DNA of 64,000 nucleotides from an uncultured delta proteobacterium (GTDB lineage: Bacteria > Desulfobacterota > Binatia > Binatales > Binataceae). Within the stretch, counting starts at the first letter, position 1. Every line of letters begins with the position of its first letter. The notes below the pieces were generated by a model. The model was not told the DNA's origin and did not search any database. It worked only from the letters and a program-made list of their open reading frames with translations. A program made the position numbers and the translations under genes. Location of the stretch: assembly GCA_963842085.1 (NCBI GenBank), contig CAWJET010000001.1, positions 2,816,001 through 2,880,000 of the forward strand. Reading direction: 5' to 3'. Shown here in pieces: positions 9,202 through 19,505 of this stretch.

Positions 9202-9534
9202 ATGGCTGATTTCTACGGCAAGGAAACCTCGAAGTATCTCCGCAACCTGCGCCAGAATGCGCCCGACCAGTTCAAGGGCTTCCTGGACTTCGACAAGGAA
9301 GTCTTCAAGGACGGCGCGATTCCGAGCAAGACCAAAGAGCTGATGGCGATTACGGCGGCGCATGTTACGCAATGCCCGTGGTGTATCGAGGCGCACGTCG
9401 CGCGCGCGAAAGAGAAAGGATGCACCGACCAGGAGATAGCGGAGGCGGTGTGGGTTGCGGCGGCGATGCGCGCGGGCGCGGCGTTCAGTCATGGCGCGAT
9501 CGCGATGGCGGTGGCGGAAGAGCACAAGCACTAG
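9202..9534 (+). CDS. Carboxymuconolactone decarboxylase/AhpD-family protein
   Basis: KTKELMAITAAHVTQCPWCIEAH (CxxC...H); AGGAG RBS before ATG 9202. Confidence 0.9.
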   Translation: MADFYGKETSKYLRNLRQNAPDQFKGFLDFDKEVFKDGAIPSKTKELMAITAAHVTQCPWCIEAHVARAKEKGCTDQEIAEAVWVAAAMRAGAAFSHGAIAMAVAEEHKH

Positions 9535-9567
9535 CAAGCGTCGCACGCATTCGGCAGCATAGGTGGA

Positions 9568-10725
9568 ATGGATCAAGCGCGAAAAGATCGGAAGACACGG
9601 CAGATAGCGATCGGCAGCACCAAGGTTGGCGGCGACGCGCCGGTGGTGGTGCAATCGATGTGCGCGACGCGGACGATCGACGTCGACGAGACCGTCGCGC
9701 AGGCGCATCAGCTGGCGAATGCGGGCGCGGGAATCGTCCGGATCGCGATGGACAGCGAGAAGGAACTCCCGGCGCTGAAGGAAATCCGCAAACAGACGAA
9801 GGGAGTCGTGCTGTCGGTCGATTTGCAGGAGAACTACAAAATCGCAGACCGCGTCGCGCCCCACGTCGACAAGATTCGCTACAACCCGGGCCATCTGCAC
9901 CATATCGAGAAGTCGAAGACGATCGAGCAGAAGGTGAAATGGCTGGTCGATGTGGCGCGGGACAACGACGTCGCGATCCGGATCGGCGTCAACTGCGGGT
10001 CGGTGGCGCCGGCATTCCTGGACAAGTACCCCGGCGATCAACTCGCTGCGATCGTCGAGTCGGCCGCGTACCATTGCGCCCTGATGGACGAGCTCGGCTT
10101 CACGCGCTTCGTCGTGTCGCTGAAGGATTCCGATCCGATCAAGGTGATGGACGTGAACCGGCGCTTCTCGAAACGGCGCCCTGACGTGCCGATTCACCTG
10201 GGCGTCACCGAGGCGGGATTGCCGCCCGACGGAATCATCAAGACGCGGATAGCGTTCGAGAAGCTGCTCGCGCAGAGTATCGGCGATACGATCCGCGTCT
10301 CGCTGACGTTGCCCAACGAGCGCAAGCACGAGGAAGTGCTCGTCGGGCATAAGATTATCGAGGACGTCGCGGCGGGCAGGTTCATCTCGGTGCCCGACTT
10401 CGGTGCGGGGCTGAATATCATCTCGTGTCCGTCGTGCTCCCGCGTCGAGAACATGAAGTTCGTCGAGCTGGCGCAGCAGGTCAAGGAACTCACGACCTAC
10501 GCCGAGAAGTACAAGATCACGATTGCGATCATGGGATGCCGGGTGAACGGGCCGGGCGAGACCGACGACGCCGACCTTGGGTTGTGGTGCGGTCCGACGA
10601 CGGTGAATCTCAAGAAGAAGGATCACAAGCTGGGTTACTTCGGCTACGAAGAAGTGCTGCCCAAGCTCCGCGCCGAACTGGACCGGCTGATCGCCGAGCG
10701 CAGTTCGGCTTCTACCGCCAGCTAA
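9568..10725 (+). CDS. ispG: (E)-4-hydroxy-3-methylbut-2-enyl diphosphate synthase
   Basis: [52 protein letters not shown]. Confidence 0.96.
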   Translation: MDQARKDRKTRQIAIGSTKVGGDAPVVVQSMCATRTIDVDETVAQAHQLANAGAGIVRIAMDSEKELPALKEIRKQTKGVVLSVDLQENYKIADRVAPHVDKIRYNPGHLHHIEKSKTIEQKVKWLVDVARDNDVAIRIGVNCGSVAPAFLDKYPGDQLAAIVESAAYHCALMDELGFTRFVVSLKDSDPIKVMDVNRRFSKRRPDVPIHLGVTEAGLPPDGIIKTRIAFEKLLAQSIGDTIRVSLTLPNERKHEEVLVGHKIIEDVAAGRFISVPDFGAGLNIISCPSCSRVENMKFVELAQQVKELTTYAEKYKITIAIMGCRVNGPGETDDADLGLWCGPTTVNLKKKDHKLGYFGYEEVLPKLRAELDRLIAERSSASTAS

Positions 10726-10736
10726 GCGCCCTCAAT

Positions 10737-11216
10737 TCAGCAAGACGACAGGAAGTCCGCGATCTCACGATCGCTGGTCAATCTGCGGACGGGGACGTTC
10801 GGCCCATATTTGATTCGCTGCGCTTCGATCTGCGGACGGTTGAGTCGGTCGAAACTCCGGATGAAGCGCAGCACCTTGGACAAGTCCCCAATTCGATGGT
10901 GCTCGCCGGGCTGAAACACGCGAGTGATCGCGCGCGCGGCGCAGAACAGCTTTGGGCGGTCGAGCCAGATCACGAGAGTGGCGCGAGTTAGACGGATGTC
11001 GAAGGTCGCGGCTGCAAAGTTACCGTCGCTGATCCACGTTTCCCCGGCGTGAGCTTCCTTGATCAATGTGCGGAAAGTGAGGACGTCACCTTTGGTCCAA
11101 TTCGGCTGCCAGATTTCGTCGAGGCAAATCACGGGCGCACCAGTGCGCGCGCTGAGCCGTCGCGCGAAGGTAGTTTTGCCGCTGCCGGCGCGGCCGAGGA
11201 TCACGATTCGCGACAT
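10737..11216 (-). CDS. Adenylate-kinase-like P-loop protein (FlaR/topology modulation family)
   Basis: GRAGSGKTT Walker A; WISDGN; LVIWLD. Confidence 0.8.
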   Translation of the reverse strand: MSRIVILGRAGSGKTTFARRLSARTGAPVICLDEIWQPNWTKGDVLTFRTLIKEAHAGETWISDGNFAAATFDIRLTRATLVIWLDRPKLFCAARAITRVFQPGEHHRIGDLSKVLRFIRSFDRLNRPQIEAQRIKYGPNVPVRRLTSDREIADFLSSC

Positions 11217-11313
11217 TAGAGATTGGGCTCACATCGCGGAACCCTCACCGCTGACCGCGTTGCGGTCAGCCGCCTCTGCCGTGAAATAACGGGTGAGGTG
11301 AAGACGCGGAACA

Positions 11314-11396
11314 AGAATCTTGAATCGCGCGCGGAAGGAATCGCGCGCTGAATAATGACCCTCACCTTCATCCTCTCCCTTGCAGGGAGAGGGGAA
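11314..11396 (+). repeat. REP-like repeat family B, copy 1
   Basis: 40-nt core GACCCTCACCTTCATCCTCTCCCTTGCAGGGAGAGGGGAA (11357-11396) identical to 41611-41650; similar 5' flank; hairpin CCTCTCCCT/AGGGAGAGG. Confidence 0.85.
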
Positions 11397-11430
11397 AAGT
11401 GCGAGCCAAATCCTGCCGCAGAAAGAGTTC

Positions 11431-12081
11431 TCAGATCTTCTGGTTGGTTTTGCGCCAGTCGGCGAGGAAACGCTCTAGGCCTAGATCTGTCAGTGGGTGA
11501 TGAAGCGTCTGTTTGAGCACTGCGAACGGGACGGTTGCGATGTCGGCGCCGACCGCGGCTGCGCGCAGCAGGTGCGACGTGTTGCGCACCGACGCTACCA
11601 GCACTTCGGCCGGGTAGTCGTAGTTCGACAGTATCTGCACCATATCCTCGACGATAGCGAAGCCATCCTGTCCGATGTCATCGAGGCGTCCGATAAACGG
11701 CGACAGGAATGAGGCGCCGACCTTGGCCGCCGCCAGCGCCTGCAACGGCGTGAAGATGAGTGTAACGTTGACGCGGATGCCGCGTTTGGCGAGCGCGTGG
11801 GTCGCTTTCAGCCCTTCGATGATCATCGGGCACTTGACGACGATGTTCTTGTGGACCTTGGCGAGTTTCTCGCCTTCTTCGATCATGGCGGATGCTTCAG
11901 TGGCGACGACTTCGGCGCTGATCGGGCCGTCGACGATTTCGCAAATCTCGCGCAGCACGTCGTGGTACGGGCGGCCGGTTTTCGCCATCAGCGACGGATT
12001 GGTGGTGACGCCGTCGATGATTCCCCAACTGGCGGCCTCGCGAATCTCGGCGACTTCCGCGGTATCGATAAAATATTTCAT
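11431..12081 (-). CDS. fsa: Transaldolase / fructose-6-phosphate aldolase
   Basis: [36 protein letters not shown]. Confidence 0.95.
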   Translation of the reverse strand: MKYFIDTAEVAEIREAASWGIIDGVTTNPSLMAKTGRPYHDVLREICEIVDGPISAEVVATEASAMIEEGEKLAKVHKNIVVKCPMIIEGLKATHALAKRGIRVNVTLIFTPLQALAAAKVGASFLSPFIGRLDDIGQDGFAIVEDMVQILSNYDYPAEVLVASVRNTSHLLRAAAVGADIATVPFAVLKQTLHHPLTDLGLERFLADWRKTNQKI

Positions 12082-12629
12082 CGGGATGCCTCTTTTTTGG
12101 ATGGTTGCGGCCTCAGCAGGTCTGCTCTTGCAAGAGTAACACGAAACGGCGACTTAAGTCCCGCGAGCATTTCGGAAATCGAGGCGTTGAGCTTGGGATG
12201 AATCAGCGCGGGCGCCAGCTCGCTCATCGGAGCGAGCACGAAGCGGCGCTCATGCAGTCGCGGATGCGGCACTTTAAGGATCCGCGTGTCGATCATTTCT
12301 TTGTTGAAGAACAGCAGATCGAGGTCGATGATCCGCGCCCGGTATTTGCCGCGGGTCTGCTTGCGGCCCTTGACGCGCTTACGGCCCATGATTCGCTCGA
12401 TCGCGAGCAGCCGGCGCATCAGGACTTCGGCCGGGAGCTCGGTCTCGACCTCGATAACGCCGTTGAGAAATGCGCCCTTGAGATCGCCCATCGGTTCGGT
12501 CTCGTAGATCGAGGATTGGCGCACGACCCTCGTGTCCGGGATCGCAGCGATCCGTTGAATCGCCTCGCGATAATTGGCGGCTCGATCGCCTAGATTACTG
12601 CCGATTCCGATGAAAGCCCGATGGGGCAT
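12078..12629 (-). CDS. folK: 6-hydroxymethyl-7,8-dihydropterin pyrophosphokinase
   Basis: [39 protein letters not shown]. Confidence 0.96.
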   Translation of the reverse strand: MPHRAFIGIGSNLGDRAANYREAIQRIAAIPDTRVVRQSSIYETEPMGDLKGAFLNGVIEVETELPAEVLMRRLLAIERIMGRKRVKGRKQTRGKYRARIIDLDLLFFNKEMIDTRILKVPHPRLHERRFVLAPMSELAPALIHPKLNASISEMLAGLKSPFRVTLARADLLRPQPSKKEASR

Positions 12630-12637
12630 CCTCGCCG

Positions 12638-13801
12638 TTACAACCGCAGCGCTTTTAGCCGGTCCACCGCCTCGACCAACCGTCCGCTCGTAAGTGAAAA
12701 GCGGACGTATCCCTCACCACCCTTGCCGAATCCGGAGCCGGGCGTGATTGCGACGCCGGCTTCCTTCAACACGCGCTCGGTAAATGAAACCGAGGTGTAA
12801 CCACGCGGAGCTCTGGTCCAGACGTAAAAGGTTGCGCGCGGCTTTTCGCATTCAAGGCCAAGCGCACGGAGCGAGCCGACCAGCAAGTCGCGGCGTTCCT
12901 TGTAGATTGCGCAATATTCGGCGAGCTTGTCGCCGTCGCCCCCTTCCAGCCCGGTGATGGCGGCTTCCTGCACGGCCTGGAAAACGCCCGAATCCATATT
13001 GGTCTTGACCCTGCCGAGCGCGCCGATCAACTGCGCGTTGCCGATGGCGAAGCCGACGCGCCATCCAGTCATCGAGAAGGTCTTGGACAGCGAGTGGAAT
13101 TCGATTGCGCAATCGCGCGAGCCCTCGGCCTCGAACACGCTCGGGGCGCGATAGCCGTCGTAGGCAATTTCGGAGTAGGCGCTGTCGTGGGCCAGGATGA
13201 CGTCGTGCTTGAGGCAGAATTTGACCGCGTCCTGGAAGAACGAGAGGTCAACCGTCGCGGCGGTTGGATTGTTGGGATAGTTCAGCCACAGCATCTTCGC
13301 GCGGCGCGCGATTTCAGCGGGAATCGAGGCGAGGTCGGGAACGAATCCGTTTTCCTTTCTGAGCGGCAGGAAATACGGTTCGCCGCCATTGAAGACGCAT
13401 CCCGAGTAGTACACCGGGTAGCCGGGATCGGGAATCAGTACGATGTCGCCCGGATCGACGACGGCGGTCGCGAAGTTCGCGATGCCTTCCTTGGAGCCGA
13501 TCAGGGCGCAGACCTCGCGCTGAGGGTCGAAGCTGACGCCGAAACGCCGCTGGTACCATTGCGCGGAGGCCTGACGAAATTGCGGCAGGCCTTCGTAGTC
13601 CGGATAGCGGTGATTTATCGGGTCGTCGGCGGCGCGCTTGAGACTCTCGACGATGTGACGCGGCGTGGGCAGGTCGGGATCGCCGATCGAGAGACTGATG
13701 ACGTCAACGCCTCTGCTTGCGACCTCCTTCTTCAGGCGGTCAAGTTCGGCGAAAAGGTAGGGCGGCAAAAGACCCAGTCGAGAAGCAGTCTTGATTTGCA
13801 C
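12638..13801 (-). CDS. dapL: LL-diaminopimelate aminotransferase (class I/II PLP)
   Basis: LPPYLFAEL, IGDPD, IGSKEG, NYPNNPT, SLSKTFSMTGWRVG. Confidence 0.85.
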   Translation of the reverse strand: MQIKTASRLGLLPPYLFAELDRLKKEVASRGVDVISLSIGDPDLPTPRHIVESLKRAADDPINHRYPDYEGLPQFRQASAQWYQRRFGVSFDPQREVCALIGSKEGIANFATAVVDPGDIVLIPDPGYPVYYSGCVFNGGEPYFLPLRKENGFVPDLASIPAEIARRAKMLWLNYPNNPTAATVDLSFFQDAVKFCLKHDVILAHDSAYSEIAYDGYRAPSVFEAEGSRDCAIEFHSLSKTFSMTGWRVGFAIGNAQLIGALGRVKTNMDSGVFQAVQEAAITGLEGGDGDKLAEYCAIYKERRDLLVGSLRALGLECEKPRATFYVWTRAPRGYTSVSFTERVLKEAGVAITPGSGFGKGGEGYVRFSLTSGRLVEAVDRLKALRL

Positions 13802-14182
13802 CTGTCGAAACAGCCTTTAGACCACAGTGACCAAGACGTAAGTAACATACTTTCCGAGGCGTCGGAACTACCTGTTGCGATAAATCGGCTTTCTCGCACA
13901 ATGGAAATCCACAGGTGGGCGCGACGATTCCAAGATTCAGCACGGCAAGCAACATTAATTTTGCTTGATTCAGAACGACCTTATTGTTAGAAATTTTTAA
14001 TTCCCGAACGATGGCGCAGTGGCGCGGTTTGGGATTATTCAGTGAGAAACGCGTTTGCCTGGTTGAGTGGCATTGCCTTTTCTTAGGATACGGTTGGTTG
14101 TTCGACGATGAGTTCCGACTTGCCTGGCGTTTCATCGTTGAATCGCACTGAGCGGTCGTAGCCTCAGGGCCTGATCGTCAGC

Positions 14183-14701
14183 ATGAACCGGATATTGCTT
14201 GTACTTGCCCTGTCGACGGTCCTTTTTGGCGGGGCCGTGATCGCGCTGTCGGAGCGGCCATGGGCGCCGCGCGCTGACGTAGTCCAGCCGATCCCGTTCA
14301 GCCATCGGATACACGCCGGGGAGAACAAGATTCCCTGTCAGTACTGTCATGCCGACGCCAGCCGCTCGTCCGAACCGGGGATTCCGGCGGTTAGAAGGTG
14401 CGTGGGATGCCATGGCGACCGCCTTGTGGGCGGCGGCGGAATCGAGCCGGTGACGCGGCCGTGGACGGACGACACGCCGGCGGCGTTCGAGATTCAGTGG
14501 AATCGCGTTTACACACTGCCCGATTTCGTGCGGTTTACCCATCGGCCGCATATTCACGCCAAGGTGCAATGCCAGACTTGTCACGGCCCGGTGCAAACGA
14601 TGGATCGGGTGGTGCCGGCGTTTGAAATCAACATGGGCTTCTGCGTGGACTGTCACACGAAAAAGAAAGCGACGCTCGACTGTGTGGACTGTCATCACTG
14701 A
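14183..14701 (+). CDS. actA: Alternative complex III pentaheme cytochrome c (ActA)
   Basis: Five CxxCH motifs (CQYCH, CVGCH, CQTCH, CVDCH twice); QPIPFSHRIH; N-terminal TM helix. Confidence 0.92.
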   Translation: MNRILLVLALSTVLFGGAVIALSERPWAPRADVVQPIPFSHRIHAGENKIPCQYCHADASRSSEPGIPAVRRCVGCHGDRLVGGGGIEPVTRPWTDDTPAAFEIQWNRVYTLPDFVRFTHRPHIHAKVQCQTCHGPVQTMDRVVPAFEINMGFCVDCHTKKKATLDCVDCHH

Positions 14702-14713
14702 GTGAGGAATCAG

Positions 14714-17653
14714 ATGCGCGAGGGACCGTCGATTTCCAGGCGATCATTCATCAAGCTGGCCGCAACTGCGGGCGCGGCGGCGGCGATCCCTGGCTGCGAG
14801 CCGGCCGCGCGCAAGCTGATCCCATACGTGGTGCCCGATGAGAACGTAGTCCCCGGGGTCCCGAGTTTTTTTGCGACGACGTGTGCGGAGTGCCCGGCGG
14901 GATGCGGCGTGGTGGCGCGAATCCGGGAAGGGCGGGTCGTCAAACTCGAGGGAAACCCCGCCGATCCGATCGGCCAAGGCACGTTGTGCGCGCGGGGGCA
15001 GGCGGCGCTGCAAGGCTTGTACAATCCGGACCGCCTGGCGCATCCGCAAATTCGCGGCGACAACGGCGCGCTGCGGACCGTGTCGTGGGACGAAGCGGAG
15101 AAAATGCTTGGTGACCGGCTGGCGGCGGCGTCGAAGGCGGGCAAGGATCGCGTCGCCTTCTTCGGTTCGCCGCATGGCCCGACTTTCAGGAAGATCGCAC
15201 TTGCGGTGGTGGGCGCTTACGGTTCATCGCGCGCGATATTTTACGAGGCGGTCAATAATGAACCGGCGCGGGTCGCGGCGAAGACCCTCTTTGGCCGGCG
15301 CGATCTGCCGGCCTATCGAATCGATCAGGCCGAAGTGCTGATTTCGTTCGGTGCGGATTTCCTCGAGACCTGGCAATCGCCGGTGGAACTGGCGCGCCAG
15401 TACGCGCTGTTCCGCGCGCCGCAGAAGCGGCGCGGCACGCTGACTATCGGCCGCGCGACCTACGTTGGCCCGCGGCTCAGCATGACGGCGTCCAAGTGCG
15501 ACGACTGGATCGCGACGGCTCCGGGGGTGCAGGCCGACGTTGCGTGGAGTGTGCTCAACGTCCTGGTCAAGCAGCGTTGGATTTCGCAGAACTCGGGCTT
15601 CGATCTCGACGCGCTGACCAGGGCGGTCGCGAATTTCGATCCGGCCGCCACCAGCACACGAACCGGCGTGCCGGTCGAGACTATTACCCGGCTGGGCGAG
15701 ATGTTCGGCAAGGCGGACGGCGCATTGGCGATTGCGGGCACCGACGATTCGTCGGCTCATCTGGCGGCGATGATCCTCAATGCGGTCACCGGCAACTTTG
15801 GCAGGACCGTAATGTTTTTCGAAGGCTCGCCGGCCGAAGAGACCAGCACGCCGGACGACGTGGACGCGGTGGTTGACGCGATGCGCGACGGCAATATCGA
15901 TGTGGCATTGGTCGCGGGCGGGAATCCGGTCTTCACGATGCCGCCGTCGGCGCGAATGGCCGAAGCGCTACAGAAAGTTCCATTCGTCGTGTGGGCGGGA
16001 GGCGTGCCGGACGAGACTGCGGCGATGGCGAATCTCATTTTGCCGGCGCATCATCCGCTCGAATCATGGCGCGACACTGCGCCGCGCGCGGGAATCCGGG
16101 GGCTGGGTCAGCCGGTGATGCAGCCGGTGTTCGAGAGCAAGGCGGTCGGCGACATCCTGCTGGCGGCGGCGGCGAAATCGTTGAGCGCGAAGCTTCCGTG
16201 GGCGACTACGGCGGAAGCGGTCAAAGCTGAGTGGCTCGCGTTGGCTCCCAAAGCGGACAAGGCGGATCCCGAAGATTTCTGGGTGAAGGTGCGGCGCGAA
16301 GGCGGCCTGTTCGAGGAACAGCATCTTTCGGCGCTCAGCCTCGACACGTCTGCGTTCAAGGCGCCGGTGCCGACGGCGGCCCAGTCCGAACTTTCCGTTT
16401 ACGCCTACCCGCACATCTTCCTTTACGACGGGCGCGGCGCGGACAAGCCGTGGCTGCAGGAATTGCCCGAGCCGGTCACCCAGATCGTGTGGGACAGCTG
16501 GGCCGAGATCCATCCGGAGACCGCGCGCCAGCTCGGCGTCGCCAAGGACGACATTATCGAGATCAAAACGGAGCACGGCGCGATCGAGGCGCCGGTGCTG
16601 GTCGAGAGCACGGTGCGTCCCGGCGTGATCGCGGTTCCGCTCGGGCAGGGGCATCGCGCGTACGGCCGCTATGCAAAAGACGTCGGCGCAAATGCGTGGG
16701 CGATAATGGCGGAGGGTGCGACCTATGCCGCCGCGACCGCGCGCGCGACCGGCAAGACGCGCACGCTCGTTTCGCCGCTCGGCAAGAGCGAGATGATGGG
16801 CCGTTCGATCATCGAGGCGATGAGTATCGAGCAGTTGGCGAACGGGGTGGTTCCCAAGAGCGAGGCGCAAGAGGTTACCGGGCCGTTCGAAATGTACCCG
16901 CGGTGGAAATATCCCACGCACAAGTGGGGCATGACCATCGACGTCAATGCGTGCACCGGTTGCAGCGCGTGCGTGACCGCGTGCTACGCGGAGAACAATG
17001 TTCCGTTTGTGGGCAAGCAAGGGGTTGATAACGGCCGAATCATGTCGTGGATCCGCATCGAGCGTTATTTCCCGGACGAAAAGGGCGCGGCGGAAGCGCC
17101 GCAACTCTACCTAGCGCCGATGCTGTGCCAGCAGTGCAATCACGCGCCGTGCGAGCCGGTCTGCCCGGTGTTCGCGTCGTATCACACCCGGGAAGGCCTC
17201 AATGGCCAGATTTACAATCGATGCGTCGGTACGCGCTATTGCGAAAACAACTGTCCGTACAAGGTGCGCCGATTCAACTGGTTCGTGCCGGAGTGGCCCG
17301 CGCCGCTCAACCTGCAACTCAATCCCGACGTGACGGTGCGCGGCGCCGGGGTGATGGAGAAATGCACGTTCTGCATCCAGCGCATTCAGTTCGGCGAGCT
17401 CAACGCGAAGACCGAGGATCGCCAGTTGCGCGACGGCGAGATCCTGACCGCGTGCCAGCAGACCTGCCCGACACGGGCAATCACGTTCGGCGACAGCGAC
17501 GATCCCGGCAGCGCAATGATGCGCCGGCGCGACGACAACAAGCTGCGCACCTATCGCGCGCTGGAAGAACTCAACACGCAACCGGCGATCACGTATCTGC
17601 GCTCTCTATCGCGAGAAAGGAAAGGCCTGAAGTGGCGGCGGCGCCGAAGGTAA
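14714..17653 (+). CDS. actB: ACIII ActB: molybdopterin-oxidoreductase-like domain fused to 4Fe-4S domain
   Basis: Tat motif SRRSFIK and IPGC lipobox-like; KLEGNPADP; CTGCSACVTACYAENN, CQQCNHAPCEPVCP, CVGTRYCENNCPY, MEKCTFC. Confidence 0.92.
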   Translation: MREGPSISRRSFIKLAATAGAAAAIPGCEPAARKLIPYVVPDENVVPGVPSFFATTCAECPAGCGVVARIREGRVVKLEGNPADPIGQGTLCARGQAALQGLYNPDRLAHPQIRGDNGALRTVSWDEAEKMLGDRLAAASKAGKDRVAFFGSPHGPTFRKIALAVVGAYGSSRAIFYEAVNNEPARVAAKTLFGRRDLPAYRIDQAEVLISFGADFLETWQSPVELARQYALFRAPQKRRGTLTIGRATYVGPRLSMTASKCDDWIATAPGVQADVAWSVLNVLVKQRWISQNSGFDLDALTRAVANFDPAATSTRTGVPVETITRLGEMFGKADGALAIAGTDDSSAHLAAMILNAVTGNFGRTVMFFEGSPAEETSTPDDVDAVVDAMRDGNIDVALVAGGNPVFTMPPSARMAEALQKVPFVVWAGGVPDETAAMANLILPAHHPLESWRDTAPRAGIRGLGQPVMQPVFESKAVGDILLAAAAKSLSAKLPWATTAEAVKAEWLALAPKADKADPEDFWVKVRREGGLFEEQHLSALSLDTSAFKAPVPTAAQSELSVYAYPHIFLYDGRGADKPWLQELPEPVTQIVWDSWAEIHPETARQLGVAKDDIIEIKTEHGAIEAPVLVESTVRPGVIAVPLGQGHRAYGRYAKDVGANAWAIMAEGATYAAATARATGKTRTLVSPLGKSEMMGRSIIEAMSIEQLANGVVPKSEAQEVTGPFEMYPRWKYPTHKWGMTIDVNACTGCSACVTACYAENNVPFVGKQGVDNGRIMSWIRIERYFPDEKGAAEAPQLYLAPMLCQQCNHAPCEPVCPVFASYHTREGLNGQIYNRCVGTRYCENNCPYKVRRFNWFVPEWPAPLNLQLNPDVTVRGAGVMEKCTFCIQRIQFGELNAKTEDRQLRDGEILTACQQTCPTRAITFGDSDDPGSAMMRRRDDNKLRTYRALEELNTQPAITYLRSLSRERKGLKWRRRRR

Positions 17654-18990
17654 TCGCAGAGCCGACGTTCCGCGACATCGACCGCAGCGTGCGGCGAGTG
17701 ATGGAACCGGCGGGCCTCGCGTACTGGGCGTGGATCGGCTTCTGCTTCACGCTGGTGGCGATCGCGGCGGCTTTGTGGTTGCGGCAGATCTATACCGGGC
17801 TGGGCGTGACGGGTCTTCGCCAGCCGGTGATGTGGGCGATCTACATTACCAACTTCGTTTTCTGGGTCGGGATCGCGCATTCGGGAACGTTGATCTCCGC
17901 GATTTTGTTCCTGTTCCGCACCAAGTGGCGCACCGCGGTTTATCGCGCCGCGGAGACGATGACGATATTCGCGGTCGCGACGGCGGGACTGTTCCCATTA
18001 GTCCATCTTGGCCGCGTGTGGTTTTTCTACTGGTTATTGCCATACCCCAATGAGCGATCGCTGCAACCCGATTTCCGCTCGCCATTGGTATGGGACGCTT
18101 TCGCAGTTAGTACCTATCTGACTATCAGCGCGCTGTTCTGGACGATGGGACTGATTCCCGACATCGCCAACGCGCGCGAGGCCGCGACCGGATGGCGCAA
18201 GAAGTTCTACACGGTGCTGGCGATGGGCTGGCAGGGAACCGACCGGCAGTGGCGGCATTACTCGATGGCGTACCTGCTGATGGCGGGCCTGGCGACTCCG
18301 CTGGTGATCTCGGTTCACTCGGTGGTGTCGTGGGACTTCGCGATGGCGCAACTGCCGGGCTGGCACAGCACGATCTTCGCGCCATACTTTGTCGCCGGCG
18401 CGATCTTTTCCGGCGTCGCGATGGTTATCACGCTGCTGGTCCCGATGCGCAAGCTGCTGGGCATCGAGGACCTGCTGACCGAGTGGCATTTCGACAATCT
18501 GGCGAAGGTCATCCTGCTGACCTCGCTGATCGTTTCGTACTCGTACATTACTGAAACGTTCATGGCCTGGTACTCGGGCGACAAGATCGAGCAGATGACG
18601 TTTCACATGCGCTACTTCGGGCCGTGGGGTCCGCTGTTCTGGGTAATGGTTTTGTGCAACTGCCTGATACCACTGTTGCTATTTTCACCGCGCATCCGGG
18701 TTAACCTGACGGCGCTCTGGATAATCTCAATTTTCGTGAACATCGGGATGTGGCTCGAGCGCTTCGTGATCATCGCGGGCTCGCTCCGGGTGAACTTCGA
18801 GCCTTCGCAGTGGGGCCCCTACCATCCGTCGATCACTGAAATCATGATCACGGTCGGCAGCTTCGCGTGGTTCGTGGGGCTGTTCTCTCTGTTCTCCAGG
18901 TTCCTGCCGATCTTCTCGATGACGGAACTCAAGGAAGGAATCGTCTGGCTGCGGAAGGCGCTGAAGATGGATCGGGTCAAAGCCGCATGA
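17632..18990 (+). CDS. actC: ACIII ActC (NrfD/PsrC-like quinol-binding membrane subunit)
   Basis: ITNFVFWVGIAHSGTLISAIL, HLGR, SPLVWD, SVHSVVSWDFA, GWHSTIFAPYFVAGAIFSG; GTG start inferred. Confidence 0.93.
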   Translation: MAAAPKVIAEPTFRDIDRSVRRVMEPAGLAYWAWIGFCFTLVAIAAALWLRQIYTGLGVTGLRQPVMWAIYITNFVFWVGIAHSGTLISAILFLFRTKWRTAVYRAAETMTIFAVATAGLFPLVHLGRVWFFYWLLPYPNERSLQPDFRSPLVWDAFAVSTYLTISALFWTMGLIPDIANAREAATGWRKKFYTVLAMGWQGTDRQWRHYSMAYLLMAGLATPLVISVHSVVSWDFAMAQLPGWHSTIFAPYFVAGAIFSGVAMVITLLVPMRKLLGIEDLLTEWHFDNLAKVILLTSLIVSYSYITETFMAWYSGDKIEQMTFHMRYFGPWGPLFWVMVLCNCLIPLLLFSPRIRVNLTALWIISIFVNIGMWLERFVIIAGSLRVNFEPSQWGPYHPSITEIMITVGSFAWFVGLFSLFSRFLPIFSMTELKEGIVWLRKALKMDRVKAA

Positions 18991-19499
18991 GCACGGTTGC
19001 GATCATAAGTTCGTTCGCGGATGACGCTCAATGCGCGCAAGCGATCGAGGAGCTGCGCGCGGCGCAGGTTGGCGACTTCAATACCTTCTCGCCGATACCG
19101 AGCCATCGGATCGAGCATGCAATCGGCCGGAAAAAGAGCCCGGTGCGGTGGCTGGTGCTGGCGGGTGGAATTTCAGGCGTTCTGACCGGGCTCGCGATCA
19201 CGATTGGAACGACTTACGAGTGGCGCCTCAATGCGGGCGGCAAGCCGCTGCTGTCGTGGCCGCCGTTCATCGTGATCTGCTTCGAATTGATGGTCCTGCT
19301 GGGCGGAATCTTCGGCTTCTTCGGAGTGCTGGGGCTTGCGGGTGTGCCCACGACCGAGTCGGCGCCAGGCTACGAGGGGCGCTTCGGCGAGGATCGATTC
19401 GGGATCGTGGTTCGATGCGACGAGGCGGAAGCGGAGCGCGTCGAGTCGATGCTGAAGGAATCGGGTGCGGAAGAGGTCATGCGTGAAGGTGTCCGGTAA
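18987..19499 (+). CDS. actD: ACIII ActD (DUF3341)
   Basis: TFSPIP, GGKPLLSWPPFIVICFELMVL; ATGA overlap with actC. Confidence 0.9.
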   Translation: MSTVAIISSFADDAQCAQAIEELRAAQVGDFNTFSPIPSHRIEHAIGRKKSPVRWLVLAGGISGVLTGLAITIGTTYEWRLNAGGKPLLSWPPFIVICFELMVLLGGIFGFFGVLGLAGVPTTESAPGYEGRFGEDRFGIVVRCDEAEAERVESMLKESGAEEVMREGVR

Positions 19500-19505
19500 A
19501 CCGCG

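Noticed and set aside
14699-14704. actA TGA is immediately followed in frame by the actB ORF (possible readthrough or selenocysteine fusion)
   Set aside because: actB has its own RBS (GAGGA), ATG at 14714 and a Tat signal; the CxxCH-x-stop ending is normal for ActA
17047-17631. N-terminal extension of ActC in the ORF track
   Set aside because: Overlaps the actB Fe-S domain; family similarity starts only near GTG 17632
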